Of a stretch of DNA of 64,000 nucleotides, positions 9,115-20,777 are shown piece after piece (positions within the stretch are counted from its first letter, which is position 1; every line of letters begins with the position of its first letter). Below the pieces are notes generated by a model. The model did no database searches. It saw nothing but the letters and a program-made list of their open reading frames with translations, and was not told the DNA's origin. The DNA is from an uncultured Gammaproteobacteria bacterium. Its GTDB lineage: Bacteria; Pseudomonadota; Gammaproteobacteria; JABCZS01. The stretch is taken from assembly GCA_963848305.1 (NCBI GenBank), contig CAWKDC010000001.1, positions 512,001 through 576,000 of the forward strand, written 5' to 3'. The position numbers and the translations under genes are program-made.

Positions 9115-9979
9115 GGTATAATACCTCACGGTGTAAACGTATGCCGGTTTTTTCAAAGACAGTTTTCTCAATATGAGCAATCAACTGTTTGACATCTGCA
9201 CTGCTGGCATTGCCCAAGTTCACAATAAAGTTAGCATGTTTTGAGGATATTTGAGCGCCTCCAATCGTCATGCCCTTCAAGCCACAAGATTCAATCAAGC
9301 GAGCTGCATGATCGCCTGGAGGATTGCGAAACACAGACCCGCAGCTCGGTTGCCCAATGGGTTGTGTCTCCGAGCGTTTTTTCAGCAAGGCTTTGATGCG
9401 CTCATGACTCGCCTCGCCATTGCCGGGCACCAAAGACAGATAAGCAGCAACAAACCAACGATCGGGTGGGCAATCAACCGTACGATAACCTGTTTCAAAA
9501 TCGGTGCGGGGATGTGTGGTGATATTGCCGTGGCGATCAATCATCTCAACCGCATCCACCGTATCCCATGTTTCGCCGCCAAATGCACCTGCATTCATCC
9601 GCAACGCTCCGCCCATGGTGCCGGGAATGCCCGCATAAAATTCTGCGCCATCTAAATCATGCCGCGCAGCAAACTTTGCAATTTTGGCACATGTCACACC
9701 GGCTTGAACATAAACACGTCCATCGTCGCACCGTTCTAACACATTCAATGCGCCTTGCGTGAGGATGACTGTGCCTCGAATGCCTTCATCAGGAATGAGC
9801 ACATTCGAACCTAAACCTAACCACGTGATCGGTTCATCGCTCGGTAATTGCTGCAAAAACAGCACCAAATCTTGCAAATCTTGCGGCTCATACAATTTAT
9901 CCGCCGATCCACCAATGTGCCAAGCGTTCAACATGTTGAGTGGTGCGTGCTCTGTGAGCGTCCCGTTAATTTTCGCCAT
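9110..9979 (-). CDS. murB: UDP-N-acetylmuramate dehydrogenase
   Basis: IGGSAD, LGLGSNVL, GIPGTMGGALRMNAGA, SCGSVFRNP, KHANFIVN; start ATG 9979. Confidence 0.97.
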   Translation of the reverse strand: MAKINGTLTEHAPLNMLNAWHIGGSADKLYEPQDLQDLVLFLQQLPSDEPITWLGLGSNVLIPDEGIRGTVILTQGALNVLERCDDGRVYVQAGVTCAKIAKFAARHDLDGAEFYAGIPGTMGGALRMNAGAFGGETWDTVDAVEMIDRHGNITTHPRTDFETGYRTVDCPPDRWFVAAYLSLVPGNGEASHERIKALLKKRSETQPIGQPSCGSVFRNPPGDHAARLIESCGLKGMTIGGAQISSKHANFIVNLGNASSADVKQLIAHIEKTVFEKTGIRLHREVLYL

Positions 9980-11375
9980 AAGTTTGCACACATTGCTGAA
10001 CCAATGCACCGATATTGCCTGCGCCTTGCATGAGCACGATATCGTTGTTCTGACAAACCGTTTCTAATGTGGGCGCTACTTCTGATAAAGAAGGCACAAA
10101 AACCGGTTCCAATATTCCCTTCGCGCGAATGGCACGCATCAAATCACGACTGTCTGCACCGGGGATCGCAGGCTCCCCAGCAGAATACACATCCAATAAT
10201 AATACTTGATCACACAAACATAACACGCTCACGAAATCATCAAACAAATCACGCGTGCGGGTATACCGATGTGGTTGAAACACCATGAGCAAGCGGCGAT
10301 CGGGCCATGTTTCACGTGCTGTGGCAATCGTCGCCCGCAATTCTGTCGGATGATGCCCATAATCATCAATCAACGTGATGGCCTGACCTTTGTGCAACGT
10401 CACTGGGTAACGCTGAAAACGCCGTCCTACGCCGCCAAATTGGGACAGCGCTTCTTGAATGATGGGCATGGGAATGCCTTCATGTTGTGCAATGGCGATG
10501 GTGGCCAATGCATTCAATGCATTGTGACGGCCAGGCATGTTCAAGCGAATAGGGTAGCTTTGACCGTCTGCAATGCAAACAAAATGTGCACTGAAACCAT
10601 CCACGCGATACTGTTCGATGCGATAATCTGACTGTTCATCGAAACCATAAGTGATCACGGGACGATGAATGCGCGGCAATAAACGCGCAATCACAGGATC
10701 ATCCAAACACAAGACGGCAGCGCCATAAAAAGGGATTTTGTGGATAAAATTGATGAATGCGTCTTCGAGCTCTGAAAAATTACCATGAAATGTTTGCATA
10801 TGATCGGCATCAATGTTCGTGACCACGACCAACATGGGATGCAAATATAAGAATGATGCGTCGCTTTCATCCGCTTCAGCAATGAGATAGTCGCCCTGGC
10901 CTAATTGTGCATTCGATTGCGCGCTGTTTAATTTCCCTCCGATCACGTAAGTCGGATCGAGGTTTGCAGCCGCAAACACACTGGTGATCAAACTTGTGGT
11001 GGTTGTTTTACCATGCGTGCCTGCAACGGCAATGCCATAACGAAAACGCATGAGCTCAGCCAACATTTGTGCACGGGGCATCAATGCAATGCCTGCTGCT
11101 TTTGCAGCCATCATTTCAGGATTGTGTTCACTGATGGCTGATGAATACACAACGACATCTGCACCTTCGACATGCTCTCCTTCATGACCGATATACACCG
11201 TGATACCTTGTTCAATCAGGGCATCTGTAGCAGTGCTGACATGTTGATCTGACCCAGTGACATCATATCCTTCGCGTTTTAACACATGGGCGATGCCGCT
11301 CATCCCTACCCCGCCGATCCCAATAAAATGAATGCGACGCACTTTTTTCTTATCTTTCACCAATTTCTTAAACAT
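9966..11375 (-). CDS. murC: UDP-N-acetylmuramate--L-alanine ligase
   Basis: HFIGIGGVGMSG, AGTHGKTTTT, EADESD, DDYGHHPTE, FQPHRYTR. Confidence 0.98.
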   Translation of the reverse strand: MFKKLVKDKKKVRRIHFIGIGGVGMSGIAHVLKREGYDVTGSDQHVSTATDALIEQGITVYIGHEGEHVEGADVVVYSSAISEHNPEMMAAKAAGIALMPRAQMLAELMRFRYGIAVAGTHGKTTTTSLITSVFAAANLDPTYVIGGKLNSAQSNAQLGQGDYLIAEADESDASFLYLHPMLVVVTNIDADHMQTFHGNFSELEDAFINFIHKIPFYGAAVLCLDDPVIARLLPRIHRPVITYGFDEQSDYRIEQYRVDGFSAHFVCIADGQSYPIRLNMPGRHNALNALATIAIAQHEGIPMPIIQEALSQFGGVGRRFQRYPVTLHKGQAITLIDDYGHHPTELRATIATARETWPDRRLLMVFQPHRYTRTRDLFDDFVSVLCLCDQVLLLDVYSAGEPAIPGADSRDLMRAIRAKGILEPVFVPSLSEVAPTLETVCQNNDIVLMQGAGNIGALVQQCVQTYGEN

Positions 11376-12441
11376 TCCGTACTTCCTCACACTGTGCAGC
11401 CACTAACGCCGTCGCGTCTTTTTGCTGCAAAGCACGCGCAGCACTCGCGCGTGTTAACAAAACCGCCCTGTCGCTCATGTGCTTATTCAAATGCTGAGCC
11501 AAGCCTTGAGGAGTAAGTTGTGACTGTTGAATCATCCATGCACTCTGCGCATCCACCAAAGCCCGTCCATTGTACGTTTGATGGTCATCGACCGCTAGGG
11601 GGTAAGGAATCAAAAGTGCAGGCAATCCTGCTGCAATCAGTTCTGCGATGGTTAATGCCCCTGCGCGACAAATCACGACATCCGCCCAAGCATACGCCTC
11701 AGCCATGTTATCGATGAACGGCACCACGCGACCCTTCACCCCGAGAGATTCGTATAAAGCTTGCGTGGGTTCGCTGTGCTGTGCACCCGCCTGATGCCAC
11801 ACATCGAAGTGCGTGTCAGGCAGCAGTGCCAATGCCTTAGGAACTGTTTCATTGATGACTTGCGCGCCCAGGCTTCCGCCCAGAACAAGAAGCCGCAATG
11901 GGCCAGTACGCTCAGCATAGCGTTGCTCCGGCATGGGTAAAAAGACGATGTCGGCACGCACAGGATTCCCTGTCGTATGCACATGTTTGCCTTTGAGGGT
12001 ATTTGGAAAGGATTCACACACTGCATTCGCAATGGGTGCTAAGAGACGATTGGTCATGCCAGCAATCGCGTTTTGTTCGTGGATCACCAAGGGGATACCC
12101 AATATGCGGGCCGCGACGCCGCCAGGGCCAGTGACATATCCCCCCATACCCAAAACAACATCAGGTTGTTCGGATTTTAAAACACGAATGGCTTCTCTGA
12201 CAGCGGTGATCAATCGTTGTGGCGCCGTTAACCATGAGCGCCAGCCCTTACCTCGCAAACCTTGGATCGGGATAAAATCAATGGGAAAACCATGCGCAGG
12301 AACAAGCTTTGTTTCAAGGCCCTTTTCTGTCCCGACCCAACGCACAGTCCATCCACGTTGCGACAGATAGGCTGCGATAGCAAGGGCTGGAAAAATATGG
12401 CCGCCGGTTCCGCCCGCCATGATGGTTAATTTTTTCGACAT
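11368..12441 (-). CDS. murG: Undecaprenyl-PP-MurNAc-pentapeptide GlcNAc transferase
   Basis: GGTGGHIFP, HEQN, GNPVR, GGSLGA, RAGALTIAE; RBS GAGAGG before ATG 12441. Confidence 0.98.
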   Translation of the reverse strand: MSKKLTIMAGGTGGHIFPALAIAAYLSQRGWTVRWVGTEKGLETKLVPAHGFPIDFIPIQGLRGKGWRSWLTAPQRLITAVREAIRVLKSEQPDVVLGMGGYVTGPGGVAARILGIPLVIHEQNAIAGMTNRLLAPIANAVCESFPNTLKGKHVHTTGNPVRADIVFLPMPEQRYAERTGPLRLLVLGGSLGAQVINETVPKALALLPDTHFDVWHQAGAQHSEPTQALYESLGVKGRVVPFIDNMAEAYAWADVVICRAGALTIAELIAAGLPALLIPYPLAVDDHQTYNGRALVDAQSAWMIQQSQLTPQGLAQHLNKHMSDRAVLLTRASAARALQQKDATALVAAQCEEVRNV

Positions 12442-12454
12442 CGATATACCTCTC

Positions 12455-13549
12455 TTACAGTTCACGGTTCACCCGTAATAATATGGCAACCGCGGTCAAA
12501 AAGACAATCAGACTGGAGCCACCATAACTGACGAGCGGCAACGTTAAGCCTTTTGTCGGCAACATGCCAATATTCACGCCCATCGCAATCAGTGCTTGCA
12601 AACAAATCCAGAGTGTTAAGCCAAACGCCAAATAAGCGTGAAACATTTTACCTACTTTCGATGCTTGGAATGTTAAACAAAAACCATAAAATCCGAATAA
12701 GACATACACCAGCAATACACCTGCCGCTCCAACAAACCCCAGCTCTTCGGCAATCACCGCAAAAATAAAATCGGTGTGTGCTTCTGGCAAATAAAATAAT
12801 TTTTGAACGCTCGCGCCTAATCCTAATCCAAACCATTCTCCGCGTCCAAAGGCAATCAATGCTTGTGTGAGTTGATATCCGCCATCAAATTGATCTGCCC
12901 AAGGATTTAAAAAACTGGTGATGCGTTGCAAACGGTAAGGGGCTGAGATCGCCAATAAGGCCAATACGCTGCCTGCCAATCCAATCAATGCAGCGACCGT
13001 CCACCAAGGAATGCCCGCTATAAAAAACATTCCTAACACACACGCCATTAACACAACCACCGCACCAAAATCAGGTTGACATAAAATCAACACGCATGAA
13101 GCAGTTAAGGGTAAAAGCCCAAGCAAAAGTGGTTTCAGTTGCGTGCGCAAGACCTTTTGATATTGTGCACAGTAAAAGGCAAAATAAATCATCAAAGCTA
13201 ATTTCGCCAATTCGGAGACTTGAATGTTGACAGGCCCCAGTTTGATCCAGCGTAAACTGCCGTTCACTTTATGCCCGATGCCTGGAATCAATAAGATGAT
13301 CAATGCGAGAAAAGCAAATCCCAGCAAGGGTCTCGCGAAACGTTCCCATACCTGAATCGGTACGTGATACACCAACCCCGCAATCAATAAGCCCATCGAA
13401 AGAAAAGCGACTTGACGGACAAGGTAGTAGAAAGGATCACCTGCACGTGCAGTGGCAATGGCAATGGAACTCGAGCCGACCATCACGATACCGATGGATA
13501 CCAATATGGCACTTAGCCAAAATAGTTTCATTCCCAAATATCGTTGCAT
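12455..13549 (-). CDS. ftsW: SEDS peptidoglycan polymerase FtsW
   Basis: NGSLRWI, QVSELAKL, QPDFG, LPEAHTDFIF, PTKGLTLPLVSYGGSS. Confidence 0.98.
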   Translation of the reverse strand: MQRYLGMKLFWLSAILVSIGIVMVGSSSIAIATARAGDPFYYLVRQVAFLSMGLLIAGLVYHVPIQVWERFARPLLGFAFLALIILLIPGIGHKVNGSLRWIKLGPVNIQVSELAKLALMIYFAFYCAQYQKVLRTQLKPLLLGLLPLTASCVLILCQPDFGAVVVLMACVLGMFFIAGIPWWTVAALIGLAGSVLALLAISAPYRLQRITSFLNPWADQFDGGYQLTQALIAFGRGEWFGLGLGASVQKLFYLPEAHTDFIFAVIAEELGFVGAAGVLLVYVLFGFYGFCLTFQASKVGKMFHAYLAFGLTLWICLQALIAMGVNIGMLPTKGLTLPLVSYGGSSLIVFLTAVAILLRVNREL

Positions 13550-13551
13550 GT

Positions 13552-14856
13552 TTAAATGATCTCCTTGACCATGGCGGTGAACTGATCGCCTCGATCTGCA
13601 TAGCCTTTAAACATATCGAAACTGGCACAAGCAGGCGCCAGCAAGACGGCGTCATTCGGTTGCGCATGCTCTTGCGACATCAATACTGCTTCTTTCAAAG
13701 AAGAGGCACGCAGACAAGGCAATGTGTCTTTTAATTCATCAGACAATTGATCAGCTGCTTCGCCAATCAATATCGCGACACGACCGCGAGACGACAGCGA
13801 TGATTGTAATGACGTGAAAGAAGCGCCCTTTCCTAATCCGCCCAAAATGATCACTATTTTGCCTGTCACCAATTTAGACACACTGTCAATGGAAGCGATC
13901 GTTGCGCCCACATTGGTGGCTTTAGAATCGTCGTACCATTTGACATGATTTTTCTCTTTCACCAAAACCAATCGGTGAGGGAGACCCTGAAATTCGCAAG
14001 CCGCTTTGAATGACTTGTCTGTATCAAAGCCTGCGCACTGCATGATTGCCAGCGCCGCCATCACATTTGCATAATGAATATCGGCATGAATCGGTAATGC
14101 GGATACGGGATATTGTTTATCGTGATAACGTAAGTATTCACCATCATAATGCCATATATGTTTGTTCTGGGATGTTAATGAAAAAAAGACTGCATCGGGG
14201 CGATCAACATGAGTCGCCAGATCATCCGCATTACAGACGACATGGTCAGCGCCATCATAAATATGCTGCTTAGACAGTGTATATGCCTCCATGGTGTGAT
14301 GTCGATCCAGGTGATCCGGCGTGATATTCAAAATGCACGCCACTGTTGGGTGCAGCCCTGTGGTGATATCCAGTTGAAAACTGGACAGCTCTAAAACGGC
14401 GCAATCATAAGGGTTGACCAATCCATCCAATACAGGTGTGCCAATATTCCCGAGTAACGCGGGGCGTAAACCCTGAGCGGCCACCATTTTTTCGAGTAAC
14501 GTCACGACGGTACTTTTACCGTTCGATCCTGTCACAGCCAACACAGGCTTTATGTTATGTTGTGCAAATAAAGTCACATCACCTGTGATGTGAACACCAC
14601 AGTGTTTGGCTTTCAATACGTTAGGGTGATCGAGCGGAATACCCGGGCTTAAGACCCACAGGGGAATATTGAATGTGTCGGGTGGAAGATTATCCCCTTG
14701 CCATATTGTGATTTCAGGGAATGATGCGCGAAAAGTAGCGGGATTTGCGCTGGCTTCAGGTTCCCACGCAACACAAGACTGCCCCATGCGCGCACAAAAA
14801 CGTGCGATAGATGAACCGGTTTGTCCGAGACCGACGATGAGTGTGTGTATGTGCAT
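13552..14856 (-). CDS. murD: UDP-N-acetylmuramoyl-L-alanine--D-glutamate ligase
   Basis: VTGSNGKSTV, GNIG, ELSSFQL, DHLDRH, DSKATN, APACASFD. Confidence 0.97.
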   Translation of the reverse strand: MHIHTLIVGLGQTGSSIARFCARMGQSCVAWEPEASANPATFRASFPEITIWQGDNLPPDTFNIPLWVLSPGIPLDHPNVLKAKHCGVHITGDVTLFAQHNIKPVLAVTGSNGKSTVVTLLEKMVAAQGLRPALLGNIGTPVLDGLVNPYDCAVLELSSFQLDITTGLHPTVACILNITPDHLDRHHTMEAYTLSKQHIYDGADHVVCNADDLATHVDRPDAVFFSLTSQNKHIWHYDGEYLRYHDKQYPVSALPIHADIHYANVMAALAIMQCAGFDTDKSFKAACEFQGLPHRLVLVKEKNHVKWYDDSKATNVGATIASIDSVSKLVTGKIVIILGGLGKGASFTSLQSSLSSRGRVAILIGEAADQLSDELKDTLPCLRASSLKEAVLMSQEHAQPNDAVLLAPACASFDMFKGYADRGDQFTAMVKEII

Positions 14857-14867
14857 GTATGAAATCC

Positions 14868-14909
14868 TCCGCGCCTACGGCGCATGGGCGGCAGTACCCG
14901 CCCCTACAT
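14868..14909. repeat. GTAG-family REP palindrome between mraY and murD
   Basis: Minus strand TGTAGGGGCGGGTACTGCCGCCC…GTAGGCGCGG, starting 5 nt after the mraY stop. Confidence 0.7.
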
Positions 14910-14913
14910 GTTA

Positions 14914-15999
14914 TTAACGCAGTTTTAATGTGGCTAAACTCAGCAACATGAGTATCACCGAGATAATCCAAAATCGAACAATCACTTTCGTTTCAGGCCA
15001 GCCTTTTAATTCAAAATGATGGTGTATTGGAGCCATGCGAAACACACGTTTGCCACGTGTTTTAAAAGAACCGACTTGAATCATGACAGACAATGTTTCA
15101 ATCACAAACACTCCGCCCATGATGATCAACAATAATTCTTGACGCACAATCACAGCCATCACACCCAACACTGCGCCGAGCGACAATGAACCCACATCGC
15201 CCATAAAGACTTCCGCAGGATAAGCATTGAACCATAAAAATCCAAGCCCCGCGCCCACCAATGCTGCCGCATAGACAGTGACTTCACCACTGCCCACCAC
15301 AAAAGGGAAACCTAAATATTCCGCAAAATTCGCATGACCGAGCACATATGCAAAAACGCCCAGCGTCGCTGCACATAACACCACAGGCACAATCGCAAGG
15401 CCATCCAAACCATCCGTTAAATTCACGGCATTCGAACTACCCACCAATACAAAATACACGAAAGGAATATAACCCCAGCCTAATGACCATTCAAAGGATT
15501 TGAAAAAAGGTGCGATTAATGTGAGTTCTTCGGGTGATGTGGCTGTGAAAAATAAAATAACACCAATCAATAAACCTGCAGCCGATTGCCAGCCATATTT
15601 TTCTCTACTTGACAATCCTTTGCTGTTTTTCAAAATCAATTTGCGATAATCATCCACAAAGCCAATCGCTGCGAATAACCACAATGTGAGCAATGAAATC
15701 CAGATATATCGGTTGGTTAAATCGGCCCACAATAATGTGGACACCGTGAGCGCCCCCACCATCAACACGCCCCCCATGGTGGGCGTGCCGGATTTCACAT
15801 GATGCGTAGCCGGGCCATCTGTTCGAATTTGTTGACCGATTTTGTAGCTTTGCAAGAACGCGATGAGACGCGGACCCAAGCTCAACGCAATGGCCAATGA
15901 AGTCAGTGCTGCCATCAGTGTGCGAAACGTAATGTAATGAACAACTTGAAACGGTTGCCAGAAGGGCTCTAAATATTCAAACAGCCAAATGAGCATCAC
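14914..15999 (-). CDS. mraY: Phospho-N-acetylmuramoyl-pentapeptide transferase
   Basis: [37 protein letters not shown]. Confidence 0.98.
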   Translation of the reverse strand: MMLIWLFEYLEPFWQPFQVVHYITFRTLMAALTSLAIALSLGPRLIAFLQSYKIGQQIRTDGPATHHVKSGTPTMGGVLMVGALTVSTLLWADLTNRYIWISLLTLWLFAAIGFVDDYRKLILKNSKGLSSREKYGWQSAAGLLIGVILFFTATSPEELTLIAPFFKSFEWSLGWGYIPFVYFVLVGSSNAVNLTDGLDGLAIVPVVLCAATLGVFAYVLGHANFAEYLGFPFVVGSGEVTVYAAALVGAGLGFLWFNAYPAEVFMGDVGSLSLGAVLGVMAVIVRQELLLIIMGGVFVIETLSVMIQVGSFKTRGKRVFRMAPIHHHFELKGWPETKVIVRFWIISVILMLLSLATLKLR

Positions 16000-16019
16000 A
16001 CTCTCCTTGTACTCAAATC

Positions 16020-17342
16020 CTACTTTAATGCCTCGACCACGGTTTCCAAACGGTTCGCGCGAGACCCTTTAATCAACACAATCATGTTGTCATGCAACAA
16101 CGGGCGCAATGCCGACACCAACGCTTCTTTATCGTCGAAATGTCTGGCGCCTTCGCCAAATGCAGACAACGTCAACTTTGACTTTTCACCCACGGCGAAA
16201 ATATGATCAATGCCCAGTTCACGTGCCTTTTCACCGACTTGACGGTGATGGAGGTCTGTTTCATCTCCCAGCTCTTTCATGTCCCCAAACACCCAGACTT
16301 TCTCCCCGGGATAGGTAGCTAAAATATCCAAGGCGGCTGACACGCTCAACGGCCCAGCATTATAACAGTCATCTATCAGTGTAGCCTGATTATGGCCTGT
16401 TAAAATATTCATACGCCGCCCTGTCGGCACGGTACGCGCAATTCCTGCCTTGATGAAATTCACAGGAACGCCCACCACGATCGCCAAAGCTGCCGCGGCA
16501 GCCGCATTATAAACATTATGACGACCCACGAGAGATGTTTCGATGGCGATCGGGCCATCAGGACACATGAACACAGCCTTACCGCCCGTGCGAGACAATT
16601 CAAGATCGGTGATCACCAAATCAGCATCTGGTGAAAACCCGAAACTGAATTGATTGCAGTCGATAGATTCGTGCCACATCGGATAATATTGATCATCGCG
16701 AGGCAATACAGCTGTGCCTCCTGGCATGACGCCTGAATAGATTGCCCCTTTCTCGCGGGCAATATTATCAACAGATCCAAAACCTTCTGTGTGTTGGGCT
16801 GCAACGAGGGTGATCAAGGCTGCATCGGGTTTCGCAATGGCACTGAGACGCGCTATTTCCCCTAATTGATTTGCGCCCATTTCGATCACAGCGAAACGGT
16901 GTTCTGGCTTCAAAGCCAGCAGCGTTTGAGGCACACCGATTTCATTATTCAGATTGCCTTTTGTCGCCAGTGTCGGCGCAAACAACCCGCAGATGTGTGC
17001 CAAATATTCTTTTGTGGTTGTTTTGCCACAACTGCCGGTCAATGCAATGACTTTCGCGTTCATCTTTAAGCGATGAGCTTGTGCAATTTTCCCATAAGCC
17101 GCCAGTGTGTTTTCAACCTCGATTTGTGGCAAATCGATCGGTAGTTTTCTGGAAACGATGGCGACCGATGCGCCTAGCGATTTGGCTTGCGAGACAAAAT
17201 CATGTCCATCGAATTGCTCGCCGATCAGTGCAACAAATACATCTCCAGGCAGCAAAGTACGCGTGTCTGTGGAAATATTGACGGTGTGATCGGGCGTTAA
17301 AAGATTCAACCCAAATAAACTGTATATCGCTGAAAGTTTCAT
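16020..17342 (-). CDS. murF: UDP-MurNAc-tripeptide--D-Ala-D-Ala ligase
   Basis: [34 protein letters not shown]. Confidence 0.97.
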   Translation of the reverse strand: MKLSAIYSLFGLNLLTPDHTVNISTDTRTLLPGDVFVALIGEQFDGHDFVSQAKSLGASVAIVSRKLPIDLPQIEVENTLAAYGKIAQAHRLKMNAKVIALTGSCGKTTTKEYLAHICGLFAPTLATKGNLNNEIGVPQTLLALKPEHRFAVIEMGANQLGEIARLSAIAKPDAALITLVAAQHTEGFGSVDNIAREKGAIYSGVMPGGTAVLPRDDQYYPMWHESIDCNQFSFGFSPDADLVITDLELSRTGGKAVFMCPDGPIAIETSLVGRHNVYNAAAAAALAIVVGVPVNFIKAGIARTVPTGRRMNILTGHNQATLIDDCYNAGPLSVSAALDILATYPGEKVWVFGDMKELGDETDLHHRQVGEKARELGIDHIFAVGEKSKLTLSAFGEGARHFDDKEALVSALRPLLHDNMIVLIKGSRANRLETVVEALK

Positions 17343-18796
17343 GTGGCATTTCTCCGTGTCTCGAGGGCGCGACGTGCAATGTCTTGGTCCGAAAAAGGCA
17401 TAGAAACACCCGCAATGATTTGGGTTTTTTCATGGCCTTTTCCAGCCAGCAAAATCGTATCATCTAATCCGGCGTTCGCAATGGCGTACTCAATGGCTTG
17501 GGCGCGATCTAAAATCACATCAACACTCACCCCTTTGGGAATGCCTGCCAACACCATATCAGCAATCGCTTGGGGGGATTCATCACGCGCATTGTCGGTC
17601 GTGATGATCACGTGATCAGCATGTGATGCGGCAATCTCCCCCATGATGGGACGTTTGGTGGCATCTCGACTGCCCCCACATCCAAAAACGCACCAACATT
17701 TTCCTAGCACAGTGGGATGCAATGCAATCAACGCTTTCAACAATGCATCAGGGGTATGGGCAAAATCGACAATCACGCGGGGCTCACCGGGTTGAGAAAC
17801 ACACTCCAATCGGCCCGGAATATCTTTCACGCGCGCAGCAACCGTCGCCAAAACGTTCAATGCAAAACCGTCCACACGCAATGCGCCTATCATGGCCAAT
17901 AAATTAGACAAGTTGAAATCACCAATTAATAAAGGTGAAAAATGAACGCATTGATCGCCCTCTTGAAGCTCAAAGCCGTTGTCCTGCCTGATGGCACTGA
18001 TGATGCTATCGCAGCGTGGGTGTGTTTTTTGCAATCGCGTATAGCCAATCACTTTTTTATGAGGAGAAATGCGCGGCAATTGTTCACGGCACCATTCGTC
18101 ATCTAAATTAATCACGACGGTTTCAACAGAAGGCATTTGATAGAGACGCGCCTTTGCTTCACCATACGCTTCACGCGTGTGATGATAATCAAGGTGATCT
18201 TGCGTTAAATTCGTGAATATGGCCACATGAATCTCAGTGGCTCGCAAGCGGCCTTGATCCAGCGCATGGGATGATGCTTCCATGACCACTGTCTCCATAC
18301 CCTGTGCAACCATCTCGGCCAATAAGCGCGTGAGGGTGCAAGGATCAGGGGTAGTCAGCGGGTTATCCACCAAGTGGTCGAGCGTGCCAATGCCAATCGT
18401 GCCTATCATGGCGACTGGCACATCCAGGGCACGGTACATTTGGTTCAATCCGTGTGCTATCGATGATTTCCCATTCGTTCCTGTCACGGCAACGACATGC
18501 ACATGACCACTGGGATGATTGTAAAATTGATCAGCTAATTCGGGCAGCTGATCTGCCAGATGGGCTACTTTAAAAACAGGGATGTTGATTTGATGTAATA
18601 CGTCGGTTTGTGCTTGCGTTAAGCCCTCAGGATCCATCAACAGAGCAGATGCCCCTCGAGAAATAGCTTCTTTGATGAAATCGCGACCATCACTCTGCGC
18701 GCCCAGGTAAGCCACAAAAGCATCCCCCGCGACGACACGCGACGCATGTTGGCATAAGCCAGTCACACCGGCCATTCGAAGTTGTGATGTCAGCAC
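17339..18796 (-). CDS. murE: UDP-MurNAc-dipeptide--meso-DAP ligase
   Basis: VTGTNGKSS, MEASSH, FTNLTQDHLDYH, VDFAHTPDAL, DNAR (DNPR-like), AGKGHE. Confidence 0.97.
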   Translation of the reverse strand: MLTSQLRMAGVTGLCQHASRVVAGDAFVAYLGAQSDGRDFIKEAISRGASALLMDPEGLTQAQTDVLHQINIPVFKVAHLADQLPELADQFYNHPSGHVHVVAVTGTNGKSSIAHGLNQMYRALDVPVAMIGTIGIGTLDHLVDNPLTTPDPCTLTRLLAEMVAQGMETVVMEASSHALDQGRLRATEIHVAIFTNLTQDHLDYHHTREAYGEAKARLYQMPSVETVVINLDDEWCREQLPRISPHKKVIGYTRLQKTHPRCDSIISAIRQDNGFELQEGDQCVHFSPLLIGDFNLSNLLAMIGALRVDGFALNVLATVAARVKDIPGRLECVSQPGEPRVIVDFAHTPDALLKALIALHPTVLGKCWCVFGCGGSRDATKRPIMGEIAASHADHVIITTDNARDESPQAIADMVLAGIPKGVSVDVILDRAQAIEYAIANAGLDDTILLAGKGHEKTQIIAGVSMPFSDQDIARRALETRRNAT

Positions 18797-18801
18797 GTTA
18801 T

Positions 18802-20484
18802 TTACCCCCGCACATCATAACCGGTTTCGTCATCCAACGGAACATCTCTCAATCGCAATGCATCATTCATGATCCGCCCAAACACCGGGGCTGACACTGC
18901 TCCACCATAATATTGGCCTGAAGCCGGATCATCCATCACCACCACGCACACTAACCGAGGGGCTGTGGCGGGCGCAAAGCCCACAAAGGTCGCCAAGTGG
19001 TGATCTTCCATATAACCATTCGGGCCTAATTTTCGAACGGTGCCGGATTTGCCTGCGACATGATAACCGGGCACGCGTGCAGCATCACCTGACCCGCCAT
19101 CTTTAGGATAGATTGTTAGCATACGGTGCAAAGTGGTGATCTCATCGGCTGTCATCACACGCTCTGAGACAGGTTTGCCGCTTCGCTTGAGCAATGTGAA
19201 AGGAACATACTCGCCTTCATTCGCAATGATCGCATACGCTTTGGCTAATTGTATGGCGGTCGTTGACACACCATAGCCGAATGCCAATGTGGCGTAAGCG
19301 AAAGGATCAAGCGTGCGGCTTGCTTCTAAATATCCGCTCCGCTCTCCTGGAAATTCTAAATAAGTGGATTGCCCAAAACCCAAATCTTGATAAAGCTTGA
19401 TCAAGGATTTTTGAGGTTCAGGTAAAATAATTTTGGCAATACCGACATTACTGGATTTACGCAACACATCCGTCAGTGTGAGTTCGCCAAAATTACGGAT
19501 ATCCCGTACCAATCGACCATTCACATTCCAATATCCCGGTGAGGTATTAATCATCGTATCGGGTTTGACATGTCCCGCGCGCAATGCGACCAGGGCTGCA
19601 AAAGGTTTGGCGACTGAACCAGGTTCAAACACGTCGGTCACCGCGCGATTCCGCATATTGGCTGTCACAAAATTTTCCCTGTTATTGGGATTATAAGAAG
19701 GCTGATTCACCATGGCCAACACTTCACCGGTTTTAATGTCTACGATCACGACACTACCACCCACTGCTTGATTCTCTTTCACTGCATTTTTCAATTCGCG
19801 ATACGCGATGTATTGCAAACGATTATCGATAGACAACGCCAAGGGTTTACCAGGATCCGTCTGTTTGATCAAAGCTAAATCCTCAATGATATGACCCCGT
19901 TGATCTTTCAACACTTCAATCTTGCCATCGTGTCCTTTCAAATGGTGATCAAACGCGAGCTCAATGCCTTCTTGTCCAACACCATCCACATTGACCAGTC
20001 CGACAACATGGGCTGCGGCTTCACCCATGGGATAATATCGACGGTATTCACGCTGGGCATTAACACCGGGCACCGATAAACTCAACACTTGTTCTGCCGC
20101 TTGAGGACTTAATTGCCGTTTCAAATAGACAAATTCTTTGCCTTTTGCTTGTTGCATCCGCTTATTGATGTCTGCGACAGACAATCCCAACACAGCAGCT
20201 AGTTGTGAACGTTGAACAATCGTCGCAGATTCAAACAAGGGAGGATTGATCCAAATGGAATCAACCGGTGTACTGACAGCCAGGGGTTCACCCAAACGAT
20301 CGGTGATGATGCCACGCAATGCATTGAGCGTGACTTGACGCACGCTGCGCATGTCGCCTTGATCTTGAAGAAAGTCTTGCTTCATGACCTGCAGATAGAT
20401 CATGCGTCCCAACACACCCATGCACAAAGATGCGCCACTGACCACCATGATCACGATCAGCCGTGACTTTATTGTTCCACCCAC
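18802..20484 (-). CDS. ftsI: Peptidoglycan transpeptidase FtsI (PBP3)
   Basis: RGIITDR, RRYYP, EPGSVAK (SxxK), KSSN, GKSGT. Confidence 0.97.
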   Translation of the reverse strand: MGGTIKSRLIVIMVVSGASLCMGVLGRMIYLQVMKQDFLQDQGDMRSVRQVTLNALRGIITDRLGEPLAVSTPVDSIWINPPLFESATIVQRSQLAAVLGLSVADINKRMQQAKGKEFVYLKRQLSPQAAEQVLSLSVPGVNAQREYRRYYPMGEAAAHVVGLVNVDGVGQEGIELAFDHHLKGHDGKIEVLKDQRGHIIEDLALIKQTDPGKPLALSIDNRLQYIAYRELKNAVKENQAVGGSVVIVDIKTGEVLAMVNQPSYNPNNRENFVTANMRNRAVTDVFEPGSVAKPFAALVALRAGHVKPDTMINTSPGYWNVNGRLVRDIRNFGELTLTDVLRKSSNVGIAKIILPEPQKSLIKLYQDLGFGQSTYLEFPGERSGYLEASRTLDPFAYATLAFGYGVSTTAIQLAKAYAIIANEGEYVPFTLLKRSGKPVSERVMTADEITTLHRMLTIYPKDGGSGDAARVPGYHVAGKSGTVRKLGPNGYMEDHHLATFVGFAPATAPRLVCVVVMDDPASGQYYGGAVSAPVFGRIMNDALRLRDVPLDDETGYDVRG

Positions 20485-20777
20485 ACAACCTCGCTTCTCT
20501 CAGGTGGACGCATGTGGAGAGAATGTTGCGCAATATAATCAATACGACCTTCAGCACTCAAGGTGCTGCGTTCAAGCAAAAGTTGCGTCCATTCAATGTT
20601 CATTTCGTCTCTGAGGGCTTGTAATTGATGCCATTCATTAAACATTTCACGGGTTGAATGTCTCACGTAGACAATCCCGAGACTACTTAATACCATGCTG
20701 AATAACAACACACCCAGCACTGTTCTCAGCTGCCAGCTGTATTGATTCGATTGTTTATCGCTTGCTGCTTTTCTCAT
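20469..20777 (-). CDS. ftsL: Cell division protein FtsL
   Basis: Between rsmH and ftsI; TM helix then EWTQLLLE coiled coil; TAATG overlap with rsmH. Confidence 0.93.
   Translation of the reverse strand: MRKAASDKQSNQYSWQLRTVLGVLLFSMVLSSLGIVYVRHSTREMFNEWHQLQALRDEMNIEWTQLLLERSTLSAEGRIDYIAQHSLHMRPPERSEVVWVEQ

Noticed and set aside
9040-9180. N-terminal extension of FtsQ in the ORF track
   Set aside because: It runs through murB and the REP element; ATG 9039 has a good RBS just before the TM helix.
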